Assembly: GCA_964016885.1 (NCBI GenBank)
Contig: OZ024749.1
Location: forward strand, 39,618,001-39,682,000
Direction: 5' to 3'
Origin: Eledone cirrhosa
Taxonomy: Eukaryota
Length of the DNA stretch: 64,000 bases
In this document: piece by piece, positions 1-13,559 of the stretch
Layout of the letters: each line of letters starts with the position of its first letter
How positions within the stretch are numbered: position 1 is the stretch's first letter
Position numbers and translations under genes: made by a program
The notes under the pieces: generated by a model
Database searches by the model: none
What the model was told of the DNA's origin: nothing
What the model saw: only the letters and a program-made list of their open reading frames with translations

Positions 1-837
1 TGGTAATGATGTGGTGGTGGTTATGATTGTGATGATGGTGGTGATGATAGTAATGATGATAAGGATAGAGTTGGTGGTGGTGGTGGTGGTGGTGGTGGTG
101 GTAATTGTGACGATGGTGGTGAGGATTCTGATGATGATGGTGATAGTGGTGGAGGTGGTGGTGGTGGAGGTGGTGGTTTTGGTGATTGTGACGATGGTGG
201 TGATGATTGTGACGATGGTGGTGATGATAGTGATGATGATGGTGATAGTGGTGGAGGTGGTGGTGGAGGTGGTGGTTTTTGGTGATTGTGATGATGGTGG
301 TGATGATTGTGACGATGGTGGTGATGATTGTGACGATGGTGGTGATGATAGTGATGATGGTGGTGATGATTGTGACGATGGTGGTGATGATAGTGATGAT
401 GATGGTGATAGTGATGGAGGTGGTGGTGGAGGTGGTGGTTTTTGGTGATTGTGACGATGGTGGTGATGATTGTGACGATGGTGGTGATGATAGTGATGAT
501 GATGGTGATAGTGATGGAGGTGGTGGTGGAGGTGGTGGTTTTTGGTGATTGTGACGATGGTGGTGATGATTGTGACGATGGTGGTGATGATAGTGATGAT
601 GATGGTGATAGTGGTGGTGATAGTGGTGGAGGTGGTGGTTTTGGTGATTGTGACGATGGTGGTGATGATTATGACGATGGTGGTGATGGTTGTGATGATA
701 GTGGTGGTGATGATGAGGATGATGGTGGTGGTGGTGTTGTTGTTTGTGGTGGAGTTGATGGTGGTGATGATGATGATGGTGGTGGTGGTGATAGCAGTGT
801 TGATGGTAATAATGATTATAATGATGATGATGATGAA
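1..837. repeat. GGT/GAT trinucleotide mosaic with ~100-bp higher-order units
   Basis: Recurrent 'ggtgattgtgacgatggtggtgatgat' blocks; the V/M- and G/D-rich ORFs here are repeat artefacts. Confidence 0.95.
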
Positions 838-1083
838 CACACCATATAATATATACTGAGAGTATATGACATCGCAACACACCATATAACATATACACCA
901 AATAAAATCTATGAAACCCTTAATAGCAGGGAGACCAGACGTTACATGATGATGATGATGATGATGATGACAGAATTTTTGCCAGAATTCTGGGGCCTCT
1001 TGGAACCCATTTTATGAAACACTGACCTATATATCATACTGACCAACATACACTAGAGTTGAGTCTCTTTGCTGATTATGATA

Positions 1084-1258
1084 ATTGTTTCTACTTTTGG
1101 CACAAGGCCAGCAATTACCCAGTACATTACTGGTACTTTATTTTATCGACCCCGTAAGGATGAAAGGCAAAGTTAACCTCAGCGGGATTTAAACTCAGAT
1201 CGTAAAGGGACGTAACTACGCTGGAAAGCGTGTCTGACCCTCTACTAATACTGACAAT
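1084..1258 (-). mobile_element. tRNA-derived SINE, family A
   Basis: Reverse complement of the copy at 25669-25853; core 'ttttatcgaccccgtaaggatgaaaggcaaagttaacctc'. Confidence 0.85.
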
Positions 1259-1420
1259 TATAATAATCATTTAAAACTATAAATAAAATAATTAATAACG
1301 ATTTAAAATATTTCTCTGTCTTTCTGTCACTCACTCTCTCTATCCTTCAGTCTGTCTCTCTCTTTCTCTCTCAGTCTGTCTGTCTGTCTGTCAGTCTCAC
1401 TCTCTCTCTCTTTCTTCCTG

Positions 1421-1478
<58 letters not shown>

Positions 1479-1727
1479 ACAACCTGTCCCTCTCTTTGTC
1501 TCTTTCAGTGGATTAACATCCTTTCATGTAAATATAAAATAAATAAATAAATAAATAGGAAAATATAAAAATAAATAATATTCCCAAAAAGTCAATCAAT
1601 AAATATCTTATTTCATCATAATCAGAAATCAATGTCTTTACTGTCTAAAGTTGAAGGTTGATTAGAAACATATAAAGGGGAGAAGCTAGAAGGATTAGAG
1701 TGGAAATTAGGGACAGAAGGGTGACCC

Positions 1728-2085
1728 TTAACCCTTTCATGACCACATTTCTAATGAAATACACTTTATTTCAATTAATTAATAAAACAATTTTGAGGGA
1801 TTTACTAAAATTATTAATTATTTATGGGCATGCCTACAAAGTCAGATGGGCATGCCTACAAAGTCAGAAAACAGCACAGCTCCCATCACTTTCGGAAACA
1901 TTTTTTCATGCTCAGAGTTGCTGAAGCATGGAACAAACTACCTGCATCAGTTATTAGCTGCTGAGACACTGCATAAATCTCCATTATGTAGGAAGATTCT
2001 AAATCAAATTGGAAACCTTTAAAATTGGTGGTTTTATTTCATAGAACCAGAGCCAGTTTTGGCTGGGTTGGTAACAAAAGAGTTA
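1728..2085. mobile_element. Degenerate MITE with TTAA|CCCTTT-type end (piggyBac-like), interrupted by a CR1 fragment
   Basis: Starts 'ttaaccctttcatgacca', ends 'tggtaacaaaagagtta'; internal sequence resembles 18525-18910. Confidence 0.45.
1825..1972 (+). pseudogene. CR1/L2-type LINE ORF2 C-terminal fragment
   Basis: Translates GHAYKVRKQHSSHHFRKHFFMLRVAEAWNKLPASVIS, matching the CR1 motif GHxxK...RxxFFxxRVxxxWNxLP. Confidence 0.75.
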
Positions 2086-2789
2086 CTTTACCATCTACCT
2101 GTGCTCTTTGATGGCTTTAGCAGGGACCACTCTGTTGTAAGCATTTAGGATAGGTCCTTAGTTTGCATGTACCTTTAACCCTTTCCTCACTTCCTCTATC
2201 CAGTCATGGGAGCATCAAAGTGGTAATGCTGTTGCTGCTGCTGCTGCTGCTGATCGTTGGTGGTGTTGGTGGTGTTGGTGGTGGTGAATATGATGGTGAT
2301 GATAATATTGGTATTGGTGATGTTGGTGATGATGTCGGTGATGATGATGGTGATGATGATGGTGATGATGATAGGGATGATGATGGTGGTGATGATGATG
2401 ATGATGGCAATGACGATAATGGTGATGGTGATGATGGCGCTGATAATGAAAGAAAAGATGAGTATTTGGTATGACGAGGCAGAAATGTTTTATTTGGCAT
2501 TGAGTTAAATGTAAACGGAGAGCCTAAGAAAACCAATAAAATCTAAGGCTTTGCCGTGTTCTATGCAATAATTGATGGATGCCATAAATTGGTTAATTTC
2601 TTCAGATAAACATCACTTGATGTGATATCTTTGCAGAAATTCCTGTGTCATTTGATATCTTAACAAAAAATGAACATTGTACAAGTGAGTATGTTAGAAT
2701 TTTGGTGTGGTTTTCTAACAAAACAGATGGTTTTAAAATAACTAACAATTATTTCCTGTTGGCGCCACGATGGAATATATACAGCATTC

Positions 2790-3470
2790 TCTGTAAATTG
2801 GTGCAGCTGGTGCCATGATAGAATACACCCAGTACATTCTGTAAATTGGTGCAGCTGGTGCCATGATAGAATACACCCAGTACACTCTGTAAATTGGTGC
2901 GGCTGGTGTCATGATAGAATACACCCAGTACATTCTGTAAATTGGTGCAGCTGGTGCCATGATAGAATACACCCAGTACATTCTGTAAATTGGTGCGGCT
3001 GGTGCCATGATAGAATACACCCAGTACACTCTGTAAATTGGTGCGGCTGGTGTCATGATAGAATACACCCAGTACACTCTGTAAATTGGTGCAGCTGGTG
3101 CCATGATAGAATACACCCAGTACATTCTGTAAATTGGTGCAGCTGGTGCCATGATAGAATACACCCAGTACACTCTGTAAATTGGTGCGGCTGGTGTCAT
3201 GATAGAATACACCCAGTACACTCTGTAAATTGGTGCGGCTGGTGCCATGATAGAATACACCCAGTACACTCTGTAAATTGGTGCGGCTGGTGCCATGATA
3301 GAATACACCCAGTACACTCTGTAAATTGGTGCGGCTGGTGCCATGATAGAATACACCCAGTACACTCTGTAAATTGGTGGGGATGGTGCCATGATAGAAT
3401 ACACCCAGTACACTCTGTAAATTAGTGCGGCCGGTACCATGATAGAATACACCCAGTACACTCTGTAAAG
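2790..3470. repeat. 48-bp minisatellite, ~14 copies
   Basis: Unit ctgtaaattggtgcrgctggtgycatgatagaatacacccagtacayt, with degenerate copies to ~3615. Confidence 0.95.
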
Positions 3471-3702
3471 TGATAATGCTGGTTCTGTGAGAAAATAAAC
3501 CCACTACACTCTGTAAATGGTAATGCTTGGGGCTCTGGTAAAATGTATTCAGTAAACTGAGAAAAGTGGTGGTGTTGGTACCATGATAAAATGCACCCAG
3601 TACACCCTGTAAAGTCATTGACAACCAAACAGAGATAATATGGGTTAAAGAAGATTCTTTAAATATATCAAGTACATGACAACATCAATGTGTTGAACAT
3701 TC

Positions 3703-5541
3703 AGGTAGCTACACAGGTGAGTACACTGGTGAGTACACAGGTGAGTACACAGGTGAGTACACTGGTGAGTACACTGGTGAGTACACAGGTGAGTGCACAG
3801 GTGAGTATACTGGTGAGTACACTGGTGAGTACACAGGTGAGTACACAGGTGAGTACACTGGTGAGTACACTGGTGAGTACACAGGTGAGTACACAGGTGA
3901 GTACACAGGTGAGTACACTGGTGAGTACACTGGTGAGTACACAGGTGAGTAGACTGGTGAGTACACAGGTGAGTACACAGGTGAGTACACTGGTGAGTAC
4001 ACTGGTGAGTACACAGGTGAGTACACTGGTAAGTGCACAGGTGAGTAGACTGGTGAGTACACAGGTGAGTACACAGGTGAGTACACTGGTGAGTACACAG
4101 GTGAGTACACAGGTGAGTACACAGGTGAGTACACTGGTGAGTACACAGGTGAGTACACAGGTGATTACACAGGTGAGTACACTGGTGAGCACACAGGTGA
4201 GTACACAGGTGAGTACACAGGTGAGTACACTGGTGAGTACACAGGTGAGTACACTGGTGAGTACACAGGTGAGTACACAGGTGAGTACACTGGTGAGTAC
4301 ACAGGTGAGTACACAGGTGAGTACGCTGGTGAGTACACTGGTGAGTACACAGGTGAGTACACAGGTGAGTACACAGGTGAGTACACAGGTGAGTACACTG
4401 GTGAGTACACAGGTGAGTAGACTGGTGAGTACACAGGTGAGTACACAGGTGAGTACACTGGTGAGTACACAGGTGAGTAGACTGGTGAGTGCACAGGTGA
4501 GTACACAGGTGAGTACACAGGTGAGTATACTGGTGAGTACACTGGTGAGTACACAGGTGAGTACACTGGTGAGTGCACAGGTGAGTACACTGGTGAGTGC
4601 ACAGGTGAGTACACAGGTGAGTACACTGGTGAGTACACAGATGAGTACACTGGTAAGTGCACAGGTGAGTAGACTGGTGAGTACACAGGTGAGTACACAG
4701 GTGAGTACACTGGTGAGTGCACAGGTGAGTAGACTGGTGAGTACACAGGTGAGTACACAGGTGAGTACACTGGTGAGTACACAGGTGAGTACACAGGTGA
4801 GTACACTGGTGAGTACACAGGTGAGTACACAGGTGAGTAGACTGGTGAGTACACAGGTGAGTACACAGGTGAGTAGACTGGTGAGTACACAGGTGAGTAC
4901 ACAGGTGAGTAGACTGGTGAGTACACAGGTGAGTACACAGGTGAGTACACTGGTGAGTACACAGGTGAGTACACAGGTGAGTACACTGGTGAGTACACAG
5001 GTGAGTACACAGGTGAGTACACAGGTGAGTACACAGGTGAGTACACAGGTGAGTACACTGGTGAGTACACAGGTGAGTAGACTGGTGAGTACACAGGTGA
5101 GTACACAGGTGAGTACACTGGTGAGTACACTGGTGAGTACACAGGTGAGTACACTGGTGAGTAGACTGGTGAGTACACAGGTGAGTAGACTGGTGAGTAC
5201 ACAGGTGAGTACACAGGTGAGTAGACTGGTGAGTACACAGGTGAGTACACAGGTAAGTACACTGGTGAGTACACAGGTGAGTACGCAGGTGAGTACACAG
5301 GTGAGTACACAGGTGAGTACACAGGTGAGTACACAGGTGAGTAGACTGGTGAGTACACTGGTAAGTGCACAGGTGAGTACACAGGTGAGTACACAGGTGA
5401 GTACACTGGTGAGTACACAGGTGAGTACACAGGTGAGTACACAGGTGAGTACACAGGTGAGTACACTGGTGAGTACACAGGTGAGTAGACTGGTGAGTAC
5501 ACAGGTGAGTACATGGGTGAGTACACAGGTGAGTACACAGG
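3703..5541. repeat. 12-bp minisatellite (c[a/t]ggtgagtaca)n, ~150 copies
   Basis: Read directly; explains the [12 protein letters not shown] and YSPV ORFs. Confidence 0.97.
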
Positions 5542-5547
5542 TATATA

Positions 5548-6115
5548 CAGTAGCTACAGTAACTACAGTAACTATAGTAACTATAGTAGCTACAGTAACT
5601 ACAGTAACTATAGTAACTACAGTAACTATAGTAACTACAGTAACTACAGTAACTACAGTAACCACAGTAACTATAGTAACCACAGTAACTATAGTAACTA
5701 CAGTAACTATAGTAACTACAGTAACTACAGTAACTATAGTAACTACAGTAACCACAGTAACTATAGTAACCACAGTAACTATAGTAACCACAGTAACTAC
5801 AGTAACTATAGTAACCACAGTAACTATAGTAACTACAGTAACCACAGTAACTACAGTAACTACAGTAACTATAGTAACTACAGTAACTACAGTAACTACA
5901 GTAACCACAGTAACTATAGTAACTACAGTAACTACAGTAACTACAGTAACTACAGTAACTATAGTAACTACAGTAACTACAGTAACTACAGTAACCACAG
6001 TAACTATAGTAACCACAGTAACTATAGTAACCACAGTAACCACAGTAACTATAGTAACCACAGTAACTATAGTAACCACAGTAACCACAGTAACTATAGT
6101 AACCACAGTAACTAT
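5548..6115. repeat. 9-bp minisatellite (yagtaacya)n
   Basis: Read directly; abuts the 12-bp array. Confidence 0.97.
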
Positions 6116-6421
6116 ACAGGTATCAACACAGGTAATTACATTCAGGTGAGTACATTAACTTCAGTATAATGCAGACTGTGGGAGTGTTTTCAGTAAATAA
6201 CATCTCTAGACTTTATCTAATATATATATATATTAGCCTTCATATTACCTCTCTATTATATACATTTCTATGTATGTATGTATGTATATATATACATATA
6301 TATACATATATATATGTGTGTGTGTGTATACGTACATATATATATGTATACACACACACACACACATATACACACATATATATATATATATATACATGTA
6401 TATGTATATGTATATGTATAA

Positions 6422-6453
<32 letters not shown>

Positions 6454-6562
6454 ATATATTTATTCTACTTTCTTATGTGAACTTTATGAAATAGAAACTG
6501 AAAGCTATCTATTATCTACTCTTAAAATATCTTTATGCATCATATATGTGTGTGTTTAACTG

Positions 6563-6605
<43 letters not shown>

Positions 6606-7302
6606 TTATTATCATCATCATCATCATCGTCGTCATCATCATTATTGTAGCTACCCAGCTCGTTTTTGTTGTTGTTGTTGTTGTTGTTTTTGTTGTTTTA
6701 GCTTCATCCCACCATGAAAAAATGTTACCAACCTATTGATCACTTCCAGATCACTTAACAGTTTCTCAGAGATCATTGCCGAATGAAATGGAATAACAGT
6801 CTGTGAGAAATCAATATTTACCGTGAGATGCAAAGAATATTGGATGCTGATTTATTATAAAATAAAATAAAATAAAATAAAATAAAGTAAAATAAGATAA
6901 AGTAAAATAAATATAGGTTCCAAGTAGTTTTTATGTTGATGGTAAAATAATATCAGCGAAGCATTATAGAAGACCTGTGGTTAATATAAAACAATCAAAG
7001 AATAGTTTGTTAGAGTTTATTGGTTTTTCAGAAAATAAATATAAGCTCTGCCTCTGAAATCTAGCACTCCCATGGTACAGTAACCACCATGGTTCAGAAA
7101 CATCCATGCTCTGGAACTTATATGGTCTAGACCAGAGGTTCTGAAACTCTTTGGGCCACCACAGCCCCTCACAGCCACATAATAACCACAGCGACCCCCC
7201 CCCCCCCAATCTTATTTCCAGAGAGACCTGCTTACACATAAATTGTATATAATATATAATAAATAAAATCGTTAATTTATATATAATAAATTATATAATA
7301 TA

Positions 7303-7755
7303 TACCATATTTCCCGGTGTCGAAGACACTACTTTTTTCCTAAAATAAGTCCTAAAAATCAACCATGCATCCTGGAGGCCGAAGGTTGTTTATTATTTTT
7401 TTTCAAATTTTTGGTTGTCAAAATTAGGGTGCATCTTTGGCACCGGGAAATATGGTCTAAAAAAAGTCTGTCTTAAGCCAGAAGGTTCATTTGGCCGGTG
7501 CTTATCCCGGTTTCATGGCGTGAAGCGACTGAGAGTACAAGACTGCCCCCCTGGACAGGACGCCAGTCCATCGCAGAGTTAAACCTCCAGCTATTGCTGG
7601 TACTCATTTCCAGCTGAGTATACTGGAGCAACGTGAAATGAAGTGTTTTGCTCAAGAACACAACACGCAGCCCAGGAATCGAACCCACGACATTATGATC
7701 GCCAGTCCAACACTCTTACCACTAGGCCACATGCCTCCACTGGGAAATATGGTAC
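7303..7755. mobile_element. MITE with TIRs taccatatttcccggtg / caccgggaaatatggt, with a SINE inserted at its right end
   Basis: 16-bp inverted termini; 'gggaaatatggt' is duplicated at 7445-7456 and 7742-7753 as the SINE target-site duplication (TSD). Confidence 0.75.
7457..7741 (-). mobile_element. tRNA-derived SINE (B-type head, 'gcgatggactggcgtcctgtccagggg' body)
   Basis: Minus strand shows A-box tggcctagtgg, B-box ggttcgattcc and a T-rich tail; 12-bp TSD; second copy at ~62425-62722. Confidence 0.85.
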
Positions 7756-8092
7756 TATGTATAAATAGATATTATATAATAGAGATATAATATAATATAT
7801 ACTAAGTATAAATATATATTATATACAATATAATATTCTCAGTTCAAATCACATTGAGGTTAGCTTTGCCTTTTATCCTTTCACATAGAAAAGTAGATGT
7901 AAAAAGAGGTTTATGATGATGTTGATAACAATGACAAGGATGATAACAATGGTGATGATGATGATGATGATGAGAATTTAAACGATGATGGTATTGATAA
8001 CAGTGACAAGGATGATAACAATGGTGATGATGATGATGATGATGAGAATGTAAACGATGATGGTATTGATAACAGTGACAAGGATGATAACA

Positions 8093-8140
<48 letters not shown>

Positions 8141-8639
8141 TCGATGATGATTTAGTAAAATCTACTATTTCAGCCAATATATATAGATATATATATATAC
8201 AATATATGTGTGTGGTGTGTGTGTGTATATATATATAATATATGTATAATAAAAAATCTCCAAATGCTTTCCTCTGAAGGGAATATTAGAATATTAGAAT
8301 AGCATTATTGCCTTATTCTGGTAGAAAGAGAACAGTTGATGGTTGGTAGTCATGTCTGGAGGGAGATTATTGTATTTAATGAGATTAAACTAATGAACCA
8401 TGCACTACAAACCAAAACCTTTCCTTACAGTCAACCAGCTCAGCAATCATTTAGCTCATCTTTTCATCTGTCTGTCCCTCTGTCTATCCATTCATCCATT
8501 CACCCGTACTATAGGCCTTGAACACCGGATATAGTCATAAGGGTGCCATGGTGATGCCTTGGGCATTTTAAACCTAGCTCAGCTCATCCTTCGCGAGATC
8601 TGTATAGAGCCAATTTCTTCCACAGAGATATATATACAT

Positions 8640-8766
<127 letters not shown>

Positions 8767-8879
8767 CAGCTCCTGTATTAAACTCATACTTTATTAATTT
8801 ATTATGGTTGTGGTGAGTCTTGTTACTCTGGAGTTTCACCTGAATACTCATAGGATCATCACACAAGGCTGACCACTGA

Positions 8880-9431
8880 CCATGTTTTGCTCATACAGAG
8901 CTGATTTGGGTTTGATTTCTATGGCTTGATGCCCTTCCTAACGCCAACCACATTAACAGTGTGTACTAGATGCTTTTTGTTCTGACACCTACATGACCAC
9001 TTTATAGTGTGGACTGGGTGCTTTTTGTCATGACACTGGCACAACCACTTTACAGTGTAGACTGGGTGCTTTTTTTTGTGTCACCAACATGATCACTTTA
9101 TAGTGTGGACTGGGAGCTTTTGTTGTGTCACTAACACGACCACTTTACAGTGTGGACTGGGTGCTTTTTGTTGTGTCACCAACATGACCACTTTACAGTG
9201 TAGACTGGGTGCTTTTTGTTGTGATATCGGCACAACCACTCTTCAGTGTGTACTGGGCACTTTTTGCCATGACACCTACACGACCACTTTATAGTGTGGA
9301 CTGGATGCTTTTGCCATGACACCTACACAACCATTTTACAGTGTGGACTGGGTACTTTTTGGTGTGTCACCAACATGACTACTTTACAGTGTGGACTGGG
9401 CGCTTTTTGTTGTGTCCCCAACACAACCACT

Positions 9432-9435
<4 letters not shown>
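8880..9435 (-). repeat. SINE-B tail followed by a degenerate ~48-50-bp tandem array
   Basis: 'gatgcccttcctaacgccaacc' followed by repeated 'cactttacagtgtggactgggtgctttt'. Confidence 0.75.
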
Positions 9436-9470
<35 letters not shown>

Positions 9471-9944
9471 AGAGAGAGAGAGAGAGCGATACATATATAT
9501 GTCTACATATTGTGTATATAAAAAATATATATACACACACACCTATATATACACACATATATATATATATACACAGAGTGGGGAAGGAAACATTATTAAA
9601 CAATAAACTACTGTTTCACTTTTACAGTTGCTATTTAAACATTAGGAGGGAAAAATGGTGAAAAAAATCTTGTTTTTACTAATCAAAACAGCTCCAGAGC
9701 ATTTCAGGATTAAACGAAGAACAATAGATGCAACTTCCACCTCCACCTCTCCTCACCCTCATCATTATCACCCTCCCCCCCCACCCCCAGCACCTACACC
9801 AATAACAACAAAGGAAAGTAGTAGCCTCATCCTACACCCTGCCCTACACCATGGCTGTTCCAATAACAGCCCCACCCATACCAATAACAACAAATGAAAA
9901 TAATAGACCTCCCTCCCTTCCTCTTCATCGTCATTATTGAGCAT

Positions 9945-10580
9945 TGAGCCACCACCACCACCAGCACCACTACTACCATCACCACCACCACCACCACCAC
10001 TAGCACCTCCACCTCCACCACCACCACCACCACCACCACCACCACCACCACCACCACTAGCACCTCCACCTCCACCACCACCACCACCTCCACCACCACC
10101 ACCACCACCACCACCACCAGCACCACTGCCACCACCACCACCTCCATCACCACCACCACCACCACCACCACCAACACCATCACTACTACCTCCAATACCA
10201 CCCACAACTGCCACCACCACCACCACCACTACACCAACACCACCACCACCACCACCACCACCACTACACCAACACCACCACCACCACCACCACCACCACC
10301 ACCACCACCACCACCACCACCACCACCACCACCACCACCACCACCACCACCACCATCACTACTACCTCCAATACCACCCACAACTGCCACCACCACCACC
10401 ACCACTACACCACCACCACCACCACCACCACCACCACCACCACCACCACCACCACCACCACCACCACCACCACCACCACCACCACCACCATCACTACTAC
10501 CTCCAATACCACCCACAACTGCCACCACCACCACTACACCAACACCACCACCACAACAACAACAACAGTAACAACAACAA
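9945..10580. repeat. (CCA)n/(CAA)n microsatellite
   Basis: Read directly; the poly-Pro/His/Gly ORFs are artefacts. Confidence 0.95.
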
Positions 10581-10865
10581 AAATAGAATGTTTCAAATGA
10601 AATAAATGGTTGCTCTAAATGACTTGTGTAGTCCAGAGAAACCCTTTACTAAAAGATTAACAGGGGTATTTATAGAAGCGCCAATAATGGTCAAACTACT
10701 GCTAATTAGTTTTAATCTCTGTTCATATAGATATGTTGTTGTTGTGGTTGTTTTTGTTATTGGGCCTCTGATGGTTTTGAGGAGGAGTGTTCTAGTTGTT
10801 TGATCACCCGACCATTCTCGCATCAAATGGAACAAAACCGTCTAACCCATGCTAGCCGTCAAAAA

Positions 10866-10897
<32 letters not shown>

Positions 10898-10938
10898 CGA
10901 TATTAAATAAATGGAAACTATATTTATAAAACCATATC

Positions 10939-11004
10939 TATTTCACTATATATATTTCAGGGATATCATATTAAAAATATGGTATGCCTTCATCAGACAA
11001 AATA
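10939..11004 (-). ncRNA. Type-I hammerhead ribozyme motif, family 1
   Basis: Minus strand: tattttgt CTGATGA aggcataccatatt-ttt-aatatgatatccct GAAA tatata TA gtgaaata; stem I is G-U rich. Confidence 0.65.
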
Positions 11005-11135
11005 CAATATAAACAGTCTTATAAATAGATAGATTTGACATACCTTACACTTCAACTTCCATTTAAAAAAGTTGAGTGCTTTTATATCAGTTATAAATAT
11101 TTACTCGTTGTAACCCAACAATTTAAATAAAACTT

Positions 11136-11193
<58 letters not shown>

Positions 11194-11207
11194 TGTATGT
11201 ATATATA

Positions 11208-11750
11208 TTGGCGTCTAAACTGGCAACCCCACCAAGGTTTCCTGGTGAGGAGGGTGACTTTGGACATCCTGCAGGACTAAAATAAAACCTGTCAAAGGGC
11301 AAAGGAGCTCTTAAGAGTCAATGGCCATCCAAAATCACCGGGAGAGATGACCCCCTTAGCCTTTGTCAAGGTAGAATTCTAGGAGAAGGAAAACTCTGAT
11401 ATAACACCTGCAACCCTGATGGGATCTAATGATGTTGACTTGTTCTTCTTTTTGGTAAATATCATCTTGGTTAAGAGAGTGGGACTGGCTTTGTGCAGTG
11501 CCTTTGCTCACTATAAAACCTTCATGGCACAGGCATTGCTTTATATCTGGAGATCTCTCTGCACTTGTCATCACATGGTACCATGGATCCAGCACTATGT
11601 GTCAATAATTGTCACAAGTGTAGTGTTTGTACCAGAGTTTTCAAGTTGCTGGCTGGACTAAAAAGTCACAGTCGTTTAGCGCATCGGTAGGGGTTCTCCT
11701 ACATGGATATAAAGTAGTGGCCATACTCGAAAACGAGTTGGCAGCCACCA
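11208..11750 (+). mobile_element. Non-autonomous RTE-like element inserted in (TATG)/(TA)n
   Basis: Highly similar to 34235-34805 and to 48487-48730 (-); 'ctaggagaaggaaaactctga' resembles RTE-clade 5' UTRs (from recollection). Confidence 0.65.
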
Positions 11751-11772
11751 TATATATATATATATATATAAT

Positions 11773-12166
11773 GGTGGAGGCACATGGCTTAGTGGTTAGA
11801 GCATTGGCCTTGCAATCAAAAGGTTGTGAGTTCAATTCTCAGACCGGGTGATGTGTTGTTTCCTTGAGCAAGACACTTTATTTCACATTGCTCCAGTTTA
11901 CTCAGCTGTAGAAATGAGATGATAGGGACTGGGGTCCATATCATTCCACTGCAAAGTGGACGTGTAGGCGCCACGAAAAAAAAAAAGCACCCAGCACTCA
12001 CTGTAAATGAGGTTGGTGTTAGGAAGGGCATCCAGCTGTAGAAATCAAGCCAGAATCAGTCCCTGTATGAGCAAGACAAGGTCAGCCGACTGGACACTGC
12101 CTACAACAGGACAACCCGTCTAACTCATGCTAGCGTGGAAGAACGGACGTAAAATGGTGATGATGA
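11773..12166 (+). mobile_element. tRNA-derived SINE, family B (CORE-like)
   Basis: A-box tggcttagtgg, B-box gagttcaattc, 'tccttgagcaagacacttt' core, (GAT)n tail; further copies at 26519 and 27105. Confidence 0.88.
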
Positions 12167-12295
12167 TACATTTTAGCAATTTGAAAGACCAATGGAAACA
12201 TTGTTTCCTTGGTCCGATTTGACGAGCTCCACTCCATTCGTTAAGCGAATGAGGTCTAGGATCTTGTCAATTGACTCTCAATATTATCATCATCA

Positions 12296-12460
12296 TCATC
12301 ATCATTTCATTTTACGTCCGCATTTCCCTGCTTGCAAGGGTGGGACGGGAACTGATTCTGGCTTGATTTCTACAGCTAGATGCCCTTCCTAACACCAACC
12401 TCATTTACAGTGAGTGGTGGGTGCTTTTTTGCCGTGGCACCTCCACGACCACTTTGCAGT
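12296..12460 (-). mobile_element. SINE-B 3' fragment, inverted relative to 11773-12166
   Basis: Reverse complement of the SINE-B tail. Confidence 0.75.
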
Positions 12461-12521
12461 GAGAGGGGGTGGGGGCATATTGTCTATATACTTCAGCTGC
12501 GGCTTGTTCCTGTGGGAAGTT

Positions 12522-12578
<57 letters not shown>

Positions 12579-12927
12579 GATAAATCTACCAAGAGTTTAC
12601 GGTAGTGTCCAATCCGTATGAAGAACTCAATGTAATCCGGATATCATGGAAAGAAGAGATGCATTCAAAAATCACTTTCGGTGAAAGATAAACGGAATAC
12701 AGAGTCAAGATAAAGTATTAAAAAAATAATGAATAAAACAATGAAACAGTTCCTTATATTAAACAAAAAAAGTGGACGTGTAGGCGCCACGAAAAAAAAA
12801 AAGCACCCAGCATTCACTGTAAATGAGGTTGGTGTTAGGAAGGGCATCCAGCTGTAGAAATCAAGCCAGAACTTTTTTTGTTTAATATAAGGAACTGTTT
12901 CATTGTTTTATTCATTATTTTTTTAAT

Positions 12928-12976
<49 letters not shown>

Positions 12977-13194
12977 CAACAATATGTATGTATTGGACCT
13001 ATAACTTCTGATGGAGTTTTAAGGCACTGTACTGACATACAGCATGACTTGGGCATTTTAAGACTTGGCAGTGAATATCACATCCCCAGATCTGAACGTG
13101 GTTGATTTGTTGCAGAGAAGGTAAGAGAGAGAGAGAGAGGGAGAGAGAGAGAGGGGGAGAGAGAGAGAGAGGGGGAGAGAGAGAGAGAGAGAGG

Positions 13195-13226
<32 letters not shown>

Positions 13227-13338
13227 GTGAGAAAGAGATATAGAGAAAGAATAGTCTCTAGTACTAGACTGGTATATATTTTTATTGACCTCGAAGAAAA
13301 GATGAAAGGCAAAGTACATCAGCCACAACAGCCACATT

Positions 13339-13386
<48 letters not shown>

Positions 13387-13559
13387 AACAACAACAACAA
13401 CAATAACAAAAACAATATTAACATTGATAACAACAACATTAACAATAACAATATAATTTTCTAAACTGTATTAGTTGTCTTTTGTCATAGAATTCCTTTT
13501 GTTCTTCCAGTGAAGAGGTGTGATGCCTTTCAAGATATACTTGTGAGTCAGTTGACACT

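Noticed and set aside
3690-6149. 819-aa and 801-aa ORFs on both strands, and YSPV repeats resembling the Pol II CTD or a mucin
   Set aside because: They coincide with stop-free 12-bp and 9-bp minisatellites, are open in several frames, and have no unique domain or synonymous-site pattern
9937-10605. Poly-Pro/His ORF (formin- or extensin-like)
   Set aside because: Pure (CCA)n microsatellite
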